Source of the DNA: Candidatus Arthromitus sp. SFB-rat-Yit
GTDB lineage: Bacteria > Bacillota > Clostridia > Clostridiales > Clostridiaceae
DNA: 32,000 nt
Assembly (NCBI RefSeq): GCF_000283555.1
Contig: NC_016012.1
Location: 1,290,001-1,322,000 of the forward strand
Direction: 5' to 3'
Both the position numbers and the translations under genes were made by a program. A model generated the notes under the pieces. The model did no database searches and was not told where the DNA came from. It saw only the letters and a list, made by a program, of their open reading frames with translations. Position 1 is the stretch's first letter; each line of letters opens with the position of its first letter. Below, piece after piece: positions 1 through 10,048 of the stretch.

Positions 1-227
1 AACCATATACAAGCTTTATAACATAAATTCCTATGATCTATAGGTATTTGAGGATTATCACACTCAATTTCTATAGATACCCCCTGAAATTCTTTATCAA
101 CTTTTAAATATATATCATCAAATAAATCAATCCTCTGAATTAACGTTTCAATATTATGGTATTCATCCTCTCTTTTACCTAAAATATTTAGGAAAATATT
201 AATTTTGCCATAGCTCCTTAGTTTCAT
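1..227 (-). CDS. ispE: 4-diphosphocytidyl-2-C-methyl-D-erythritol kinase, N-terminal part (runs off the left edge)
   Basis: Manual translation of the minus strand from the ATG at 227 gives MKLRSYGKINIFLNILGKREDEYHNIETLIQRIDLFDDIYLKV..., which matches the IspE N-terminus (KxNxxLxVxGKRxDGYHxxxT). An AGGAGAG ribosome-binding site lies just upstream. It is not in the supplied ORF list. Confidence 0.85.
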   Translation of the reverse strand, partial: MKLRSYGKINIFLNILGKREDEYHNIETLIQRIDLFDDIYLKVDKEFQGVSIEIECDNPQIPIDHRNLCYKACIW

Positions 228-294
228 ATAACTCTCCTATTTATTATATAACTTATTAAATTATATAAAAAAGAATATTTAAAATCAAAAAATA

Positions 295-322
295 AATCAG
301 GGATACATTTAATTCCCTGATT
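295..322 (-). terminator. Rho-independent terminator downstream of cphA
   Basis: aatcaggga / tccctgatt is a perfect 9-bp stem, followed on the minus strand by TTATTTTTTGATTTT. Confidence 0.75.
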
Positions 323-326
323 GTTT

Positions 327-2927
327 TCAAGCTAACCCCTCTTTAGGAGTTATATTTTGTTTATCCAAAATCACTTTATATAATTTATCATAATCTTCAT
401 AAAACGCTACTATTAAATCACCTTGCTTAGCATTATCAATAGCTTCACTTAAAGCCTTCCCCTCATCAAGAATTATTTTAAAATTTTTATTATCCCCAAA
501 ACCTTGACTAATGATATTTGCAACTTCACTTTCCTGTCTTCCACGTTTGTTACTATCTTCTTTTATATAAGAAAATTCCAAATGCTTAGAACAAAGTTTT
601 CCAATTTCAAATCCAACGCTATCATTTCTATCCCCAGGTATCCCTATAACACCCGTAACTTTAGTATATCCCATATTTTTTATACTATTAAAAATAGCAT
701 TAAACCCTTGAATATTGTGAGCATAGTCTAAAATAACCTTTACTCCCTTAATATCAAATTGATTAAATCTACCCTTATTGTGCTTATCATCACATTGAAA
801 ACTCTTAAGACCTTTAGATATTATACAATAATCTATCTCAAGCCCGACTAGAGAGGCAGTTGCCGTAAGAACATTTTCTATATTATGTGTAAGTGCACCA
901 TTAAAGGTAATTGGTATATCCTTTAAATCCGCAATGTGAAATATACGTCTATTCATCTCGACATAAATAGAATCATTCGATATGTATACTCCATAATTTC
1001 CTTTATCTAAATTTTCCCTTAAAAATTCATTATCCTTATCTTTTGAAAATACTATTAAATTACCCTTTGCTCTAGATGATATTTTCCTACACATTTCGTC
1101 ATCAGCATTTATTATAGAATATCCATCAGGTTTAACAGCTTCTATAACTAAAGATTTTACATGTGCTAGTTCTTCTAAGGTATTAACACCATCTATACCC
1201 AAATGATCTTCACTTATATTTGTAATTACTCCAACATCCGCTAGGTCATAAGCCAAACCATTTCTTATAATTCCCCCACGAGCAGTTTCTAATACTGCAA
1301 CATCAACATCTTTATTTAATAATATACTTCTTGCACTAAAAAAACCAGTCATATCTCCTTTAGCTATACACTGATCATTCAAAAAAACTCCACTAGTTGT
1401 AGTCATACCAACAGTGTATCCAAGACCCCTTAATGTATGGGACACAATTCTAGTTGTAGTTGTCTTACCATTAGTACCAGTTATTGCGATAACTGGTATA
1501 CTTTTAGGAGAATTTTTAAATAATGAAGAAACAATAACATTTGCTACATCCCTAGGTGTACCTTCACTTGGGTAATGATGCATCCTAATTCCCGGAGCAG
1601 CATTCACCTCAACTATAACTCCATTATCATATAAAGGTTTTGAAACATCCATGCAACAAAGATCTATACCACAAATATTAAGCCCTATTGCCTTAGCTGC
1701 TCTTATACAAATATCAATATTCTCTTTACAAATTTTATCTGTATAGTCTTCAGATGTTCCGCCCGTAGACAAATTTGAATTCTCTCTTAATACCAATTCC
1801 TTACCATCTTCTAAAATACTATCTAATTTATATCCACTCTTAGATATACAAAAAATCAACTCGTTGTCTATCTTAATTTTTGTAAGAGGTTTCTCATGCC
1901 CATCCCCCCTATTTACATCAGAATTTAAAACTTCTATTAAATCTTTAATAGTTGAAACCCCATCTCCTGTAACCATAGGTGGTTTCCTTTTAGATACTGC
2001 AATTACTTCACCATCTACAACACAAACTCTATAGTCATATCCTTCAATATATTGTTCTATCATAATATCTTTATACTTTGATTTAATTTCATTATAGGCT
2101 TCTATAAGCTGTTTCTCATTCTTAATATTTAAATATACCCCTTTACCTTGATACCCAAATCTAGGCTTAAGTACAACTGGATATCCTATGGCCTCAGCTT
2201 CTATTAATAGCTCTAATTGACTGCTTATTTTATCTCCTTTTGCTACAGGTAAAAACTGCATATCTAAGAGCCTTTTAGTTAACACCTTATCACTTGCAAT
2301 ATCCACACTAATAGAACTCGTATTTGAATCTATTGTTGCTTGGATCATTTTACTATATCTTCCATATCCAAGTTGAAACATCGAATCATCATCAAATCTT
2401 ATAACAGGTATACCTTGCTTTTTTGCAGCTTCACAAAGTGATAAAGCACTCGGTCCTAAATTCTCATACTCCAATATATTTTTTATATCACGAACTCTCG
2501 AGTCTAAATCTATATATTTCTTCGATATCAAAGAATTTATCAAATCTATAGCAAGTCTAACTATAGCCAATGCTGTTTTTTTGTAAATATACTCAAAAAC
2601 AACATAATAAAAATCTCCTTTAATTTCCCTAGCCTTACCATAGGCTATTTCCAATCCAACTCTACTATGTAACGCAATAATAGTGTGCTCACATACGTGA
2701 GCCAAATAAGTTCCTTCTCTTAATCTTTTTACAAACCCATGGTCCTCATCTATTCCACATCTATGTTCCCAAATCTCTGGCAATAGCTCTATCAATTTAT
2801 CATTAAATCCATCTATATCTTTACTAGGTGTTTCACAATATCCTTGTAAATCTACATCCATTCTGACCACTTTTCTATGAGAGTAAATATTTTTCCCCTC
2901 ATAAACTCTGTAATTTAAAATTTTCAT
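327..2927 (-). CDS. cphA: Cyanophycin synthetase
   Basis: 866 aa with an ATP-grasp domain (VVLKPRFGYQGKGV...IMIEQYIEGYDYRVCVVDG) followed by a Mur-ligase-like domain (VIAITGTNGKTTTTRIV; DYAHN). The adjacent gene is a cyanophycinase. Confidence 0.95.
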   Translation of the reverse strand: MKILNYRVYEGKNIYSHRKVVRMDVDLQGYCETPSKDIDGFNDKLIELLPEIWEHRCGIDEDHGFVKRLREGTYLAHVCEHTIIALHSRVGLEIAYGKAREIKGDFYYVVFEYIYKKTALAIVRLAIDLINSLISKKYIDLDSRVRDIKNILEYENLGPSALSLCEAAKKQGIPVIRFDDDSMFQLGYGRYSKMIQATIDSNTSSISVDIASDKVLTKRLLDMQFLPVAKGDKISSQLELLIEAEAIGYPVVLKPRFGYQGKGVYLNIKNEKQLIEAYNEIKSKYKDIMIEQYIEGYDYRVCVVDGEVIAVSKRKPPMVTGDGVSTIKDLIEVLNSDVNRGDGHEKPLTKIKIDNELIFCISKSGYKLDSILEDGKELVLRENSNLSTGGTSEDYTDKICKENIDICIRAAKAIGLNICGIDLCCMDVSKPLYDNGVIVEVNAAPGIRMHHYPSEGTPRDVANVIVSSLFKNSPKSIPVIAITGTNGKTTTTRIVSHTLRGLGYTVGMTTTSGVFLNDQCIAKGDMTGFFSARSILLNKDVDVAVLETARGGIIRNGLAYDLADVGVITNISEDHLGIDGVNTLEELAHVKSLVIEAVKPDGYSIINADDEMCRKISSRAKGNLIVFSKDKDNEFLRENLDKGNYGVYISNDSIYVEMNRRIFHIADLKDIPITFNGALTHNIENVLTATASLVGLEIDYCIISKGLKSFQCDDKHNKGRFNQFDIKGVKVILDYAHNIQGFNAIFNSIKNMGYTKVTGVIGIPGDRNDSVGFEIGKLCSKHLEFSYIKEDSNKRGRQESEVANIISQGFGDNKNFKIILDEGKALSEAIDNAKQGDLIVAFYEDYDKLYKVILDKQNITPKEGLA

Positions 2928-3748
2928 TATTTTACTCTTTCCTCCTCAAGTGGTTGCTTTTTATTTAAATCAAAGCAATTTCCACTTTTTAAAACATGCA
3001 TTTTAACATTGAATAAACTCAAAGGAACTTCGTTTTCTTGCTCTAACAAACTACTATAAGTTAAATATCTTCCATCTATTATATAAACTGCTCCAGAACC
3101 TATAACACTAAAATACCCTTCTTTCTTATTTACTACTATTGCTGTATCTTCATCTATACCAATACCCAGAACACTCGGATTCTCCGCAATAGCTCCTAAT
3201 AATCTTCCTATTCTCCCTCTTTGGGCAAAATGTTGATCTATCATAACTCCTTGCATAAAACCAAATCCTGGGCATTTAGATAAATTATTCTTCCTTGGTG
3301 ATTCTTCGTCAGGTCCTCTAACAATCATAGTTTCACTCATAACTGATGCTCCTGCAGAAGTACCAGCAAATATGCCTCCATTATCATGAAATCTCCTCAT
3401 CTCTTCATATAAAGGAGTACCCCCTACTAAACTAGTTATTTTAAGCTGATTACCGCCTGTAAAAAATATCAATGAGGATTTCTTTACCATATCTAACAAA
3501 TCCTGATCATCGCATTGATCTCTAGAGGAAACATCTAAAATTTCAATATTTTTAACTCCAAGCTCATGGAATAAATTTTTGTAATCATATCCAATTTCTT
3601 TCCCTAAATCAGAAGCTAATGTAGAAACTATCATAGTATCTCTTTCTTTATCAATCATATTTGAAACTCTTCTTAATATTTCTCTGCTCCCACTCTTATC
3701 TTCTGCTCCACCAATAATTATAAGTTCACCCTTAATACCATAACTCAT
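2927..3748 (-). CDS. cphB: Cyanophycinase (peptidase S51 family)
   Basis: 273 aa; MSYGIKGELIIIGGAEDK, FFTGGNQLKI, GGIFAGTSAGASVMSETMI (nucleophile Ser region). Its stop overlaps the cphA start as TAATG. Confidence 0.93.
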   Translation of the reverse strand: MSYGIKGELIIIGGAEDKSGSREILRRVSNMIDKERDTMIVSTLASDLGKEIGYDYKNLFHELGVKNIEILDVSSRDQCDDQDLLDMVKKSSLIFFTGGNQLKITSLVGGTPLYEEMRRFHDNGGIFAGTSAGASVMSETMIVRGPDEESPRKNNLSKCPGFGFMQGVMIDQHFAQRGRIGRLLGAIAENPSVLGIGIDEDTAIVVNKKEGYFSVIGSGAVYIIDGRYLTYSSLLEQENEVPLSLFNVKMHVLKSGNCFDLNKKQPLEEERVK

Positions 3749-3889
3749 TAACTTCTCACCTCATGTACTTTAATATTTTTAACCACTATAAAAAATAATA
3801 TTCATAATTTTCTAATAATCCTTATATACCATTTCTAAAAAAGCTATGTTTATTGTGTACACTTTTTAAATAAAAATTCATATCAAAAA

Positions 3890-3915
3890 AAGAGTGTAGC
3901 ATTCGCTACACTCTT
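3890..3915 (-). terminator. Rho-independent terminator downstream of the sipL-like gene
   Basis: aagagtgtagc-attc-gctacactctt is an 11-bp stem with a 4-nt loop, followed by a T run on the minus strand. Confidence 0.8.
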
Positions 3916-3917
3916 AC

Positions 3918-5465
3918 TTAAAATACAGCTTTAGATGGAAGCAACAATTTACATCCAACTATTTCATCTTCCTGATCTAAATTATTAATCCTACATATAT
4001 CTTCTATTGAAACACAATATTTCTTAGCTATACTCCACAATGTATCATCTTCTCCTGTAATATATATTATAACACTACATTCTTTAAGAGGAGTTTCTTC
4101 TTGAGTTTTATACATATCAACTAATATATCCCTTTTAATTTCAGAATTAATGTAAACCCTTATATTTATAACCGCCTTTATTCCTATAGTCTTAGCCTCA
4201 ATAAAAGCTTCAATATTTTCCAAGTTCTCATTAATCACTGCATCCATATCTATTTTAATATTTTCATCATCAAAATTAGTAGTAAATGGAATAGCTTGTA
4301 CCACATTTAAAAATTGTCCTTCGCTATTTTTATATATAACCTCAGTATTTATAACACCTTCTATTACAAGTTTACCTTCCAAAACTTTCTTATTAAGTAT
4401 ATTGCACACACCAGTAGTATAAATTATAGAAACTGGAACATCTTCTACATTTATATTATCTTTAATTATCGTATCTATATTACCATGTGATTCTACATTA
4501 TTAATTTTATAATTATTTTTAACTAAATTTACTGAATAATTTTTACTATAAGCATCATCTATTATAGAAAGTATATTCTTACTTAAAACTTTAAGATTAC
4601 ATCTTATATTAATGTAACTATTTATAATCCTACTTTCTCCTGACTCATCCTCATCTATCATATACTCAAATCCAATCACATCCCAATTATATACTGGAAT
4701 CATGCTTGAATCTATACCATCTACATCACAATCTTTAGTTAAATATATATCTTGCTCTAAATAATTTAAATTATCAGAATTAACTTCTTTATATAATACT
4801 TTGACTTTACAATAAGCATTATATGTTATTTTATTATCTAAAAGTTTGCATTCTGTTTTGTATATATACGAATCACATATTAATATCTTTCCAATATCCC
4901 CCTTATCTAAAGGAACATTTATAGATGTTTCATTAATTAGTTCCTCTGTAAATGTACCTTTTAGTTCACATACTTCTAATTCTTTCATCAAAAACTGTAT
5001 ATCATCTTGATCTTCAATATCACTTACAATATCTACATCTAATATTTCATTCGAATTTGAACTAAATTTCAAATTAGCTTCTATGCTAATTTTTCTTTCA
5101 TTTAATAATAAGAATTTTTTATCTGAAACATTTACTTTAATATTATACAAATTTTCTTTTCTCATACCAACACTTTCAATATACAAATTAAACTTATCAG
5201 AATAAGAAACATTATATGTATTATTTTTTTCATCATCTACTGCAACATAAACAATACTATATACTAATTCTCCCTCTACAAATATTTTATCTAAAAATGC
5301 TTCAGTATTGGTAATTCTAGGTTTTACTTCTATTAATAATATTTTATCTACATCTGGATGAGTATCTGGAATTAAATATTCACCTTTAACTACAAAATCA
5401 TTGTGCCCTTCTATATTTTTACATTCATAACTAATTTTTTGTTTTATCAAATTTATCTCTTCCAC
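3918..5465 (-). CDS. sipL: DUF3794 and LysM domain spore-morphogenesis protein, SipL-like
   Basis: 515 aa with duplicated DUF3794/SPOCS-like segments and a C-terminal LysM (YITGEDDTLWSIAKKYCVSIEDICRINNLDQEDEIVGCKLLLP). It lies beside ispE/cph and veg/yabG. Confidence 0.8.
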   Translation of the reverse strand: MEEINLIKQKISYECKNIEGHNDFVVKGEYLIPDTHPDVDKILLIEVKPRITNTEAFLDKIFVEGELVYSIVYVAVDDEKNNTYNVSYSDKFNLYIESVGMRKENLYNIKVNVSDKKFLLLNERKISIEANLKFSSNSNEILDVDIVSDIEDQDDIQFLMKELEVCELKGTFTEELINETSINVPLDKGDIGKILICDSYIYKTECKLLDNKITYNAYCKVKVLYKEVNSDNLNYLEQDIYLTKDCDVDGIDSSMIPVYNWDVIGFEYMIDEDESGESRIINSYINIRCNLKVLSKNILSIIDDAYSKNYSVNLVKNNYKINNVESHGNIDTIIKDNINVEDVPVSIIYTTGVCNILNKKVLEGKLVIEGVINTEVIYKNSEGQFLNVVQAIPFTTNFDDENIKIDMDAVINENLENIEAFIEAKTIGIKAVINIRVYINSEIKRDILVDMYKTQEETPLKECSVIIYITGEDDTLWSIAKKYCVSIEDICRINNLDQEDEIVGCKLLLPSKAVF

Positions 5466-5541
5466 TTTCTTACCTCCACGATTTAATTAATATATAATTA
5501 TTAATGTAAAAATAAAAATATTACCTTTTAACATAAAAAAA

Positions 5542-5571
5542 TTTAGGTTTATCCTCAAAGATAAACCTAAA
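5542..5571 (-). terminator. Rho-independent terminator downstream of veg
   Basis: tttaggtttatc-ctcaaa-gataaacctaaa is a 12-bp stem. On the minus strand it is followed by TTTTTTTATG. Confidence 0.85.
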
Positions 5572-5614
5572 CTTAAAAATATCCTATATCATAACCTACA
5601 TATCCTAATAAGTA

Positions 5615-5851
5615 TTAACTAGCATAAACTATCTGAACAGTATTAGTCAATACATCAGAATAACTATATGTTACTATTCGTTGGGTGTCATTCTTTAATC
5701 TTATCAAAAAGATACTATGATATGTTTTTTCTATAGTACCTTCATTTATAAAGACTTTTCTTCTTCCTCCGCTAGCTCTTAATGTTACTTTATGACCAAC
5801 GTGATCTTCTATGTCCTTTTTTATGGATGCTAGTGTCTTAAATCCATCCAA
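5615..5851 (-). CDS. veg: Veg family protein
   Basis: The core LASIKKDIEDHVGHKVTLRASGGRRKVFINEGTIEKTYHSIFLIRL matches the Veg family. The listed ORF start (5905) is probably too long. An AGAGGGTG Shine-Dalgarno precedes a TTG start at 5851 (M/L-DGFKTLASIKK). Confidence 0.85.
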   Translation of the reverse strand: MDGFKTLASIKKDIEDHVGHKVTLRASGGRRKVFINEGTIEKTYHSIFLIRLKNDTQRIVTYSYSDVLTNTVQIVYAS

Positions 5852-5948
5852 ATTTAACACCCTCTTTCTAACTACAATTATAACATAAATGCATACTGTT
5901 GTCAAAATTTACCATTTAAATAGTATGCAAAATATTATATTAACCTAT

Positions 5949-6839
5949 TTAACACAAAAAAGATCTAGGAAATCCTTCTCTATACTTACCTCTTGTTTGT
6001 ATCCCACCAATGCCATTAAATCCAGTTATAGTTTCACTAACAATATCACTTATTTTAATTGTTTTATCAATGGACGTATTAAAAATCTTAGAACACACAA
6101 AAACTGGATCTAAACAATGCACTAAAATTCTTCCAGGAGATGTTGCAAAATTAGCTCCAACAGAAATTAAAGCCTCATAACAACTCTGACAAGCACCTGC
6201 AAATATAACTAAATCATCCAAATTCTTTTCATACGCCCTTAGTTTCGAAACACTTTCTACAAAATATTTAGAATTCTTATAGCAATTTAAATCCATATAA
6301 TCCACTATATTTTTACTCATACTATCATGACCTGTTAAAACCACAATATCCGGCTTGTAAAATTTAACTAGATCTAATATTACATCTGGTTGTTTACTTT
6401 CTTCAATGCATTCACCACAAGCATTAACAAAAACACTTTTATAAACTTCCATACATTTATTTAAATATTCATGATCCCCATCTACATGTAAAACCTTACC
6501 ACTTTTACCAAATGTTAGACCTTTTTTTTTATTTATTTTAAGACTTCTATTCTCAATATTCTTAGTGCTATTACGATAATTTCTACACTTAAATCTGTAA
6601 TCTAAATCTTTGCTCTTACTAATGGCTTGTTTAAGCTTTTCCTTCACTAATTGAGATAAATTATCTTCATATTTATTATCTACAATTTCTAAATCTTCTT
6701 CAAAAGCATCGGCTATGATCCTTATACTTTTCCCCTTTAATACAAAAACAATTTCCCCATTAATATCTTTAATATCAACTATCTTAAACTCTATATCTTT
6801 ACTGTAAGATTTTCTAACTACTATATCCCCTATTTCCAT
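5949..6839 (-). CDS. yabG: Sporulation-specific protease YabG
   Basis: MEIGDIVVRKSY...KVLHVDGDHEYLNKC...PDIVVLTGHD...IFAGACQSCYEALISVGANFATSPGRILVHCLDP is YabG-like. The ORF tool starts at 6851. The internal ATG at 6839 has a better-placed GGAAG ribosome-binding site. Confidence 0.88.
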   Translation of the reverse strand: MEIGDIVVRKSYSKDIEFKIVDIKDINGEIVFVLKGKSIRIIADAFEEDLEIVDNKYEDNLSQLVKEKLKQAISKSKDLDYRFKCRNYRNSTKNIENRSLKINKKKGLTFGKSGKVLHVDGDHEYLNKCMEVYKSVFVNACGECIEESKQPDVILDLVKFYKPDIVVLTGHDSMSKNIVDYMDLNCYKNSKYFVESVSKLRAYEKNLDDLVIFAGACQSCYEALISVGANFATSPGRILVHCLDPVFVCSKIFNTSIDKTIKISDIVSETITGFNGIGGIQTRGKYREGFPRSFLC

Positions 6840-6902
6840 AAAATCTTCCATATCAATAAATATTTACTTTAAATTATGTAGTAAATATTTATTTTGTTAC
6901 AA

Positions 6903-7688
6903 TTATATAGTATTTCTTCCACCCAAAATATTAAATCCTGAGTCTACATGTATTATTTCACCAGTTATACCTCTTGATAAATCACTTATTAAAAATAATG
7001 CAGTATCTCCTACTTCAGATGGATCAGTCAAACGTCTAAGAGGAGATTGTTTCTCTATCTCATCTAATATTAAATTAAAATCAGAAACTCCCTTAGCTGA
7101 TAGTGTTTTTATTGGACCTGCAGAAATAGCATTAATCCTTATATTTTTACGACCTAAATCATTAGCCAAATATTTAACACTCATATCAAGAGATGCCTTA
7201 GCTACACCCATAACATTATAATTTGGAACAACTTTTTCACTTCCATAATATGTAAGAGTAACGATACTTCCACCTTCGGTCATATATTGCTCAGCTTCTT
7301 TTATAACACCTGTAAGAGAATATGCACTTACATTTTGAGCTATCAAAAATCCTTCTCTAGTAGTATTTAAATATTCCCCTTTTAACTCATCTTTATTTGC
7401 AAATGCTATAGAATGAACTATGCCATGTATTACACCAACCTTTTCTGATATAGTCTTAAAACAATTGCGTATACTTTCATCACTTGTTACATCACACTCA
7501 ACTATCAAACTATTTTCAGAAAGTGAATTAGATAATTTATCTATATTATTTCTAAATTTTTCATTAACATATGTAAAAATTACATTAGCATTAGCATTAT
7601 TAAGAGATTTAGCTATATGCCAAGCTATGCTAAAATTGTTTGCAACTCCCATAACAACTATATTTTTATTATTCAAATTTATATCCAT
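6903..7688 (-). CDS. fabI: Enoyl-[acyl-carrier-protein] reductase, FabI type
   Basis: NIVVMGVANNFSIAWHIAKSL...VHSIAFA...YYGSEKVVPNYNVMGVAKASL...ISAGPIKTLSAKGV. The start is reassigned from 7703 to the ATG at 7688, which follows GAGGAGG. Confidence 0.93.
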   Translation of the reverse strand: MDINLNNKNIVVMGVANNFSIAWHIAKSLNNANANVIFTYVNEKFRNNIDKLSNSLSENSLIVECDVTSDESIRNCFKTISEKVGVIHGIVHSIAFANKDELKGEYLNTTREGFLIAQNVSAYSLTGVIKEAEQYMTEGGSIVTLTYYGSEKVVPNYNVMGVAKASLDMSVKYLANDLGRKNIRINAISAGPIKTLSAKGVSDFNLILDEIEKQSPLRRLTDPSEVGDTALFLISDLSRGITGEIIHVDSGFNILGGRNTI

Positions 7689-7776
7689 AACAATCCTCCT
7701 CAAAACTAATGTTAATAAACCCCTATTCTACTTACTAAAATAGTACAATTAATTATAATTAAAAGTCAACAAAAAA

Positions 7777-7808
7777 ATTAAAACGTGTAATATTATACAC
7801 GTTTTAAT
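7777..7808. terminator. Bidirectional-looking terminator overlapping the CotS-like gene's stop
   Basis: attaaaacgtgta-atatta-tacacgttttaat is a 13-bp stem with poly-T on the minus-strand exit. The stop codon of the 7804..8811 gene lies in the stem. Confidence 0.75.
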
Positions 7809-8811
7809 CTAATTTTATTAAAAATTCTTTTTCGAAATTATATATGAAATTCATATAATTTTCTCTCTCATTTATTAATTTATCTAGTTGAGTTAAAAAT
7901 ACATTTTGTCTAATAAGCAAATCATTATAAAAATATCTGTTACACACTCTCCAAAACCTCTGAGGAAATAACAAAAAACCATATATCAAAAATATATCTT
8001 CATATCTAAGTTTTAAACTACTATTATAATGCTCAATTATACTTTTACAGATATTTATATCCCAATCATTTTTTTTAAGTACTTTCACTATATAATTTGC
8101 TACATCATAACTCCTCACTTCCCTTTTACAGTAATCAAAATCTAAAATATTTATATTATCTTGATTATCTATGATTATATTATGATACGTGTAATCATGA
8201 TGACAAAAACTCTTCTCATCTTCAATTTCCCTACAAATATCATAATATTTAGATTTCTCAAAGATATTATATGCCTTCTTAGCCATTTCCTTATAAAATT
8301 CATAGTTTTTAATGTAAATCATATCTACATCATTTTTAATACCCTTCTTTCTAACTATATCCCTCATCTTATCAAATGATCTTATTCTCTTGTTCATAAT
8401 ACTTGGCCATCTATCCAAATCACTTTTAAGTTTTGAGTGCTCTGGTGGATCATATCCTTTAGATGCTATATGAAGATTTGCAAGAACTTTTGCAGATTTA
8501 CTTACATCATCAATATTTAAAAAATCACATTCTCGACCATCTATCCAATTTGACAATGTATATATATCCTCATTTACTATAGCATATGGATTTCCTTCTA
8601 TATTTAAACAAAATCTATCTATATTTTTAAATCCATTATTTATCAAATGCTCCTTTGCTCCATATATGAAAAGCAATTTTTGTATTCCATATGATACTTT
8701 TTTTAGGCACATTTCTCCTTTATTTGTGTTTAAAAAATAAATTCCCCTATTAGGCTTTATTCTCTCTATTTTTAAATCAAATTGCCTTTCTATTTCAAAT
8801 TCTCTCATCAT
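7804..8811 (-). CDS. CotS-like spore coat protein (aminoglycoside-phosphotransferase/choline kinase fold)
   Basis: 335 aa; CLKKVSYGIQKLLFIYGAKEHLINNGF, SFCHHDYTYHNIIIDNQDNINILDFDYCKREVRSYDVANYI (HxDxxxxN...DxD kinase-like signature) is typical of the CotS/YutH/YtaA family. Confidence 0.82.
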   Translation of the reverse strand: MMREFEIERQFDLKIERIKPNRGIYFLNTNKGEMCLKKVSYGIQKLLFIYGAKEHLINNGFKNIDRFCLNIEGNPYAIVNEDIYTLSNWIDGRECDFLNIDDVSKSAKVLANLHIASKGYDPPEHSKLKSDLDRWPSIMNKRIRSFDKMRDIVRKKGIKNDVDMIYIKNYEFYKEMAKKAYNIFEKSKYYDICREIEDEKSFCHHDYTYHNIIIDNQDNINILDFDYCKREVRSYDVANYIVKVLKKNDWDINICKSIIEHYNSSLKLRYEDIFLIYGFLLFPQRFWRVCNRYFYNDLLIRQNVFLTQLDKLINERENYMNFIYNFEKEFLIKLD

Positions 8812-8931
8812 AATTCTCTCTTCACCTCCTTTATATCATTATGACTAAGCACTAATAATTATTATTTTGATTAACAATTTAAATTAAATTTAATATTATG
8901 AAACTATAATTTTTAAAGTAAAGGTATTTAT

Positions 8932-10002
8932 ATGAAAATATCAATAGATGGACGGTCTGCAATATTTTATAATAACAATGGCATAGGTAATTACTCATCA
9001 GAAATAATAAATACTATGCTCAAAATAAATAAAGGAGATTATATAAAAGTTTTTTCATCAAATACTGATTTCAATAAATTTTCATCTTTTTGGGAATTCT
9101 CAAATTTTCCTATAAAATTAGATAATAAATATAATGTCTTTTTCAATCCTCATAATGGAGTAGGTCTTCCAAATAGGAATTTTGAAAAAATAGTAACCAC
9201 ATTGCACGATATCATACCTTCAAAACTACCAAATACAGTAAGTGAATCCTACTTAAAAGTATATAATGAAAATATATACAAAATCCTCGAAAAAAGTCAT
9301 TATATAATCACCGTATCAAATTTCTCAAAATCAGATATTATTAAAACATTCAATGTAAATGAAAATAAAATATTTGTAACCTACCTATCACCATCTAAAA
9401 TTTATCGCCCTCTAAATCCTAAACTCTCACTATATTTTTTAAATAAAGCTTACAATATAAATTATAATTACATTTTATATGTAGGCGGTTTCAGTCCAAG
9501 AAAAAATATAATAAGACTCATTGATGCATTTTCAAAAGTATATAGCACAAACAAAAAAATTAAACTTATCATAATCGGACAAAAAGGTAAATCATATGAT
9601 GATTATTTAAAACGCTGCATTAAATTAAATATATTAAACAACGTGATTTTTACTAACTTTATCAAAACACCCTATCTTCCACTTTTCTATAACTGTGCAT
9701 CATGTTTTATTTATCCATCATTATATGAAGGATTTGGTCTTCCTCCACTCGAATCTATGGCTTGCGGAACTCCAACTATAGCATCAAACTCAACCTCAAT
9801 ACCCGAAGTTTTAAAAAATGCTCCATTGTATATAAATCCTTATGATGTCGATGATATATCTGAAAAAATAAATTTAGTATTAAATGATACTAAACTTAAA
9901 AAATCTTTAATAGAAAATGGTTTAAAGCATGTCAAAAATTTTTCGTGGGAAAAAACTTCTCTCAAAACCTTAAATATACTTCACAAAACAAAAGAGTGCT
10001 AA
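8932..10002 (+). CDS. Glycosyltransferase family 4 (GT-B fold)
   Basis: 356 aa; KISIDGRSAIFYNNNGIGNY, ILYVGGFSPRKNIIRLI, PSLYEGFGLPPLESMACGTPTIASNSTSIPEV. Confidence 0.9.
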   Translation: MKISIDGRSAIFYNNNGIGNYSSEIINTMLKINKGDYIKVFSSNTDFNKFSSFWEFSNFPIKLDNKYNVFFNPHNGVGLPNRNFEKIVTTLHDIIPSKLPNTVSESYLKVYNENIYKILEKSHYIITVSNFSKSDIIKTFNVNENKIFVTYLSPSKIYRPLNPKLSLYFLNKAYNINYNYILYVGGFSPRKNIIRLIDAFSKVYSTNKKIKLIIIGQKGKSYDDYLKRCIKLNILNNVIFTNFIKTPYLPLFYNCASCFIYPSLYEGFGLPPLESMACGTPTIASNSTSIPEVLKNAPLYINPYDVDDISEKINLVLNDTKLKKSLIENGLKHVKNFSWEKTSLKTLNILHKTKEC

Positions 10003-10020
10003 TTTAAATTAGCACTCTTT
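9991..10020. terminator. Terminator hairpin shared by the GT4 gene (+) and trxB (-)
   Basis: aaagagtgct-aatttaaatt-agcactcttt is a perfect inverted repeat. The TAA of the GT4 gene (10000-10002) lies within it. Confidence 0.8.
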
Positions 10021-10048
10021 TCTATATAAATAAATTTAAATCAATAAA

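Noticed and set aside
504-731. Short antisense ORFs inside well-supported genes (504..731, 7420..7743, 8161..8379, 10077..10352, 11259..11468, 12672..12854, 14630..14854, 15452..15637, 16235..16441, 18082..18279, 19419..19667, 20566..20868, 23697..23927, 31691..31978)
   Set aside because: All lie on the opposite strand of, or overlap, confidently identified genes and have no ribosome-binding site plus family support. The coordinates given are for the first one.
5889-6113. 74-aa plus-strand ORF across the veg/yabG junction
   Set aside because: Mostly antisense to the 3' end of yabG with no recognisable signature; treated as spurious.
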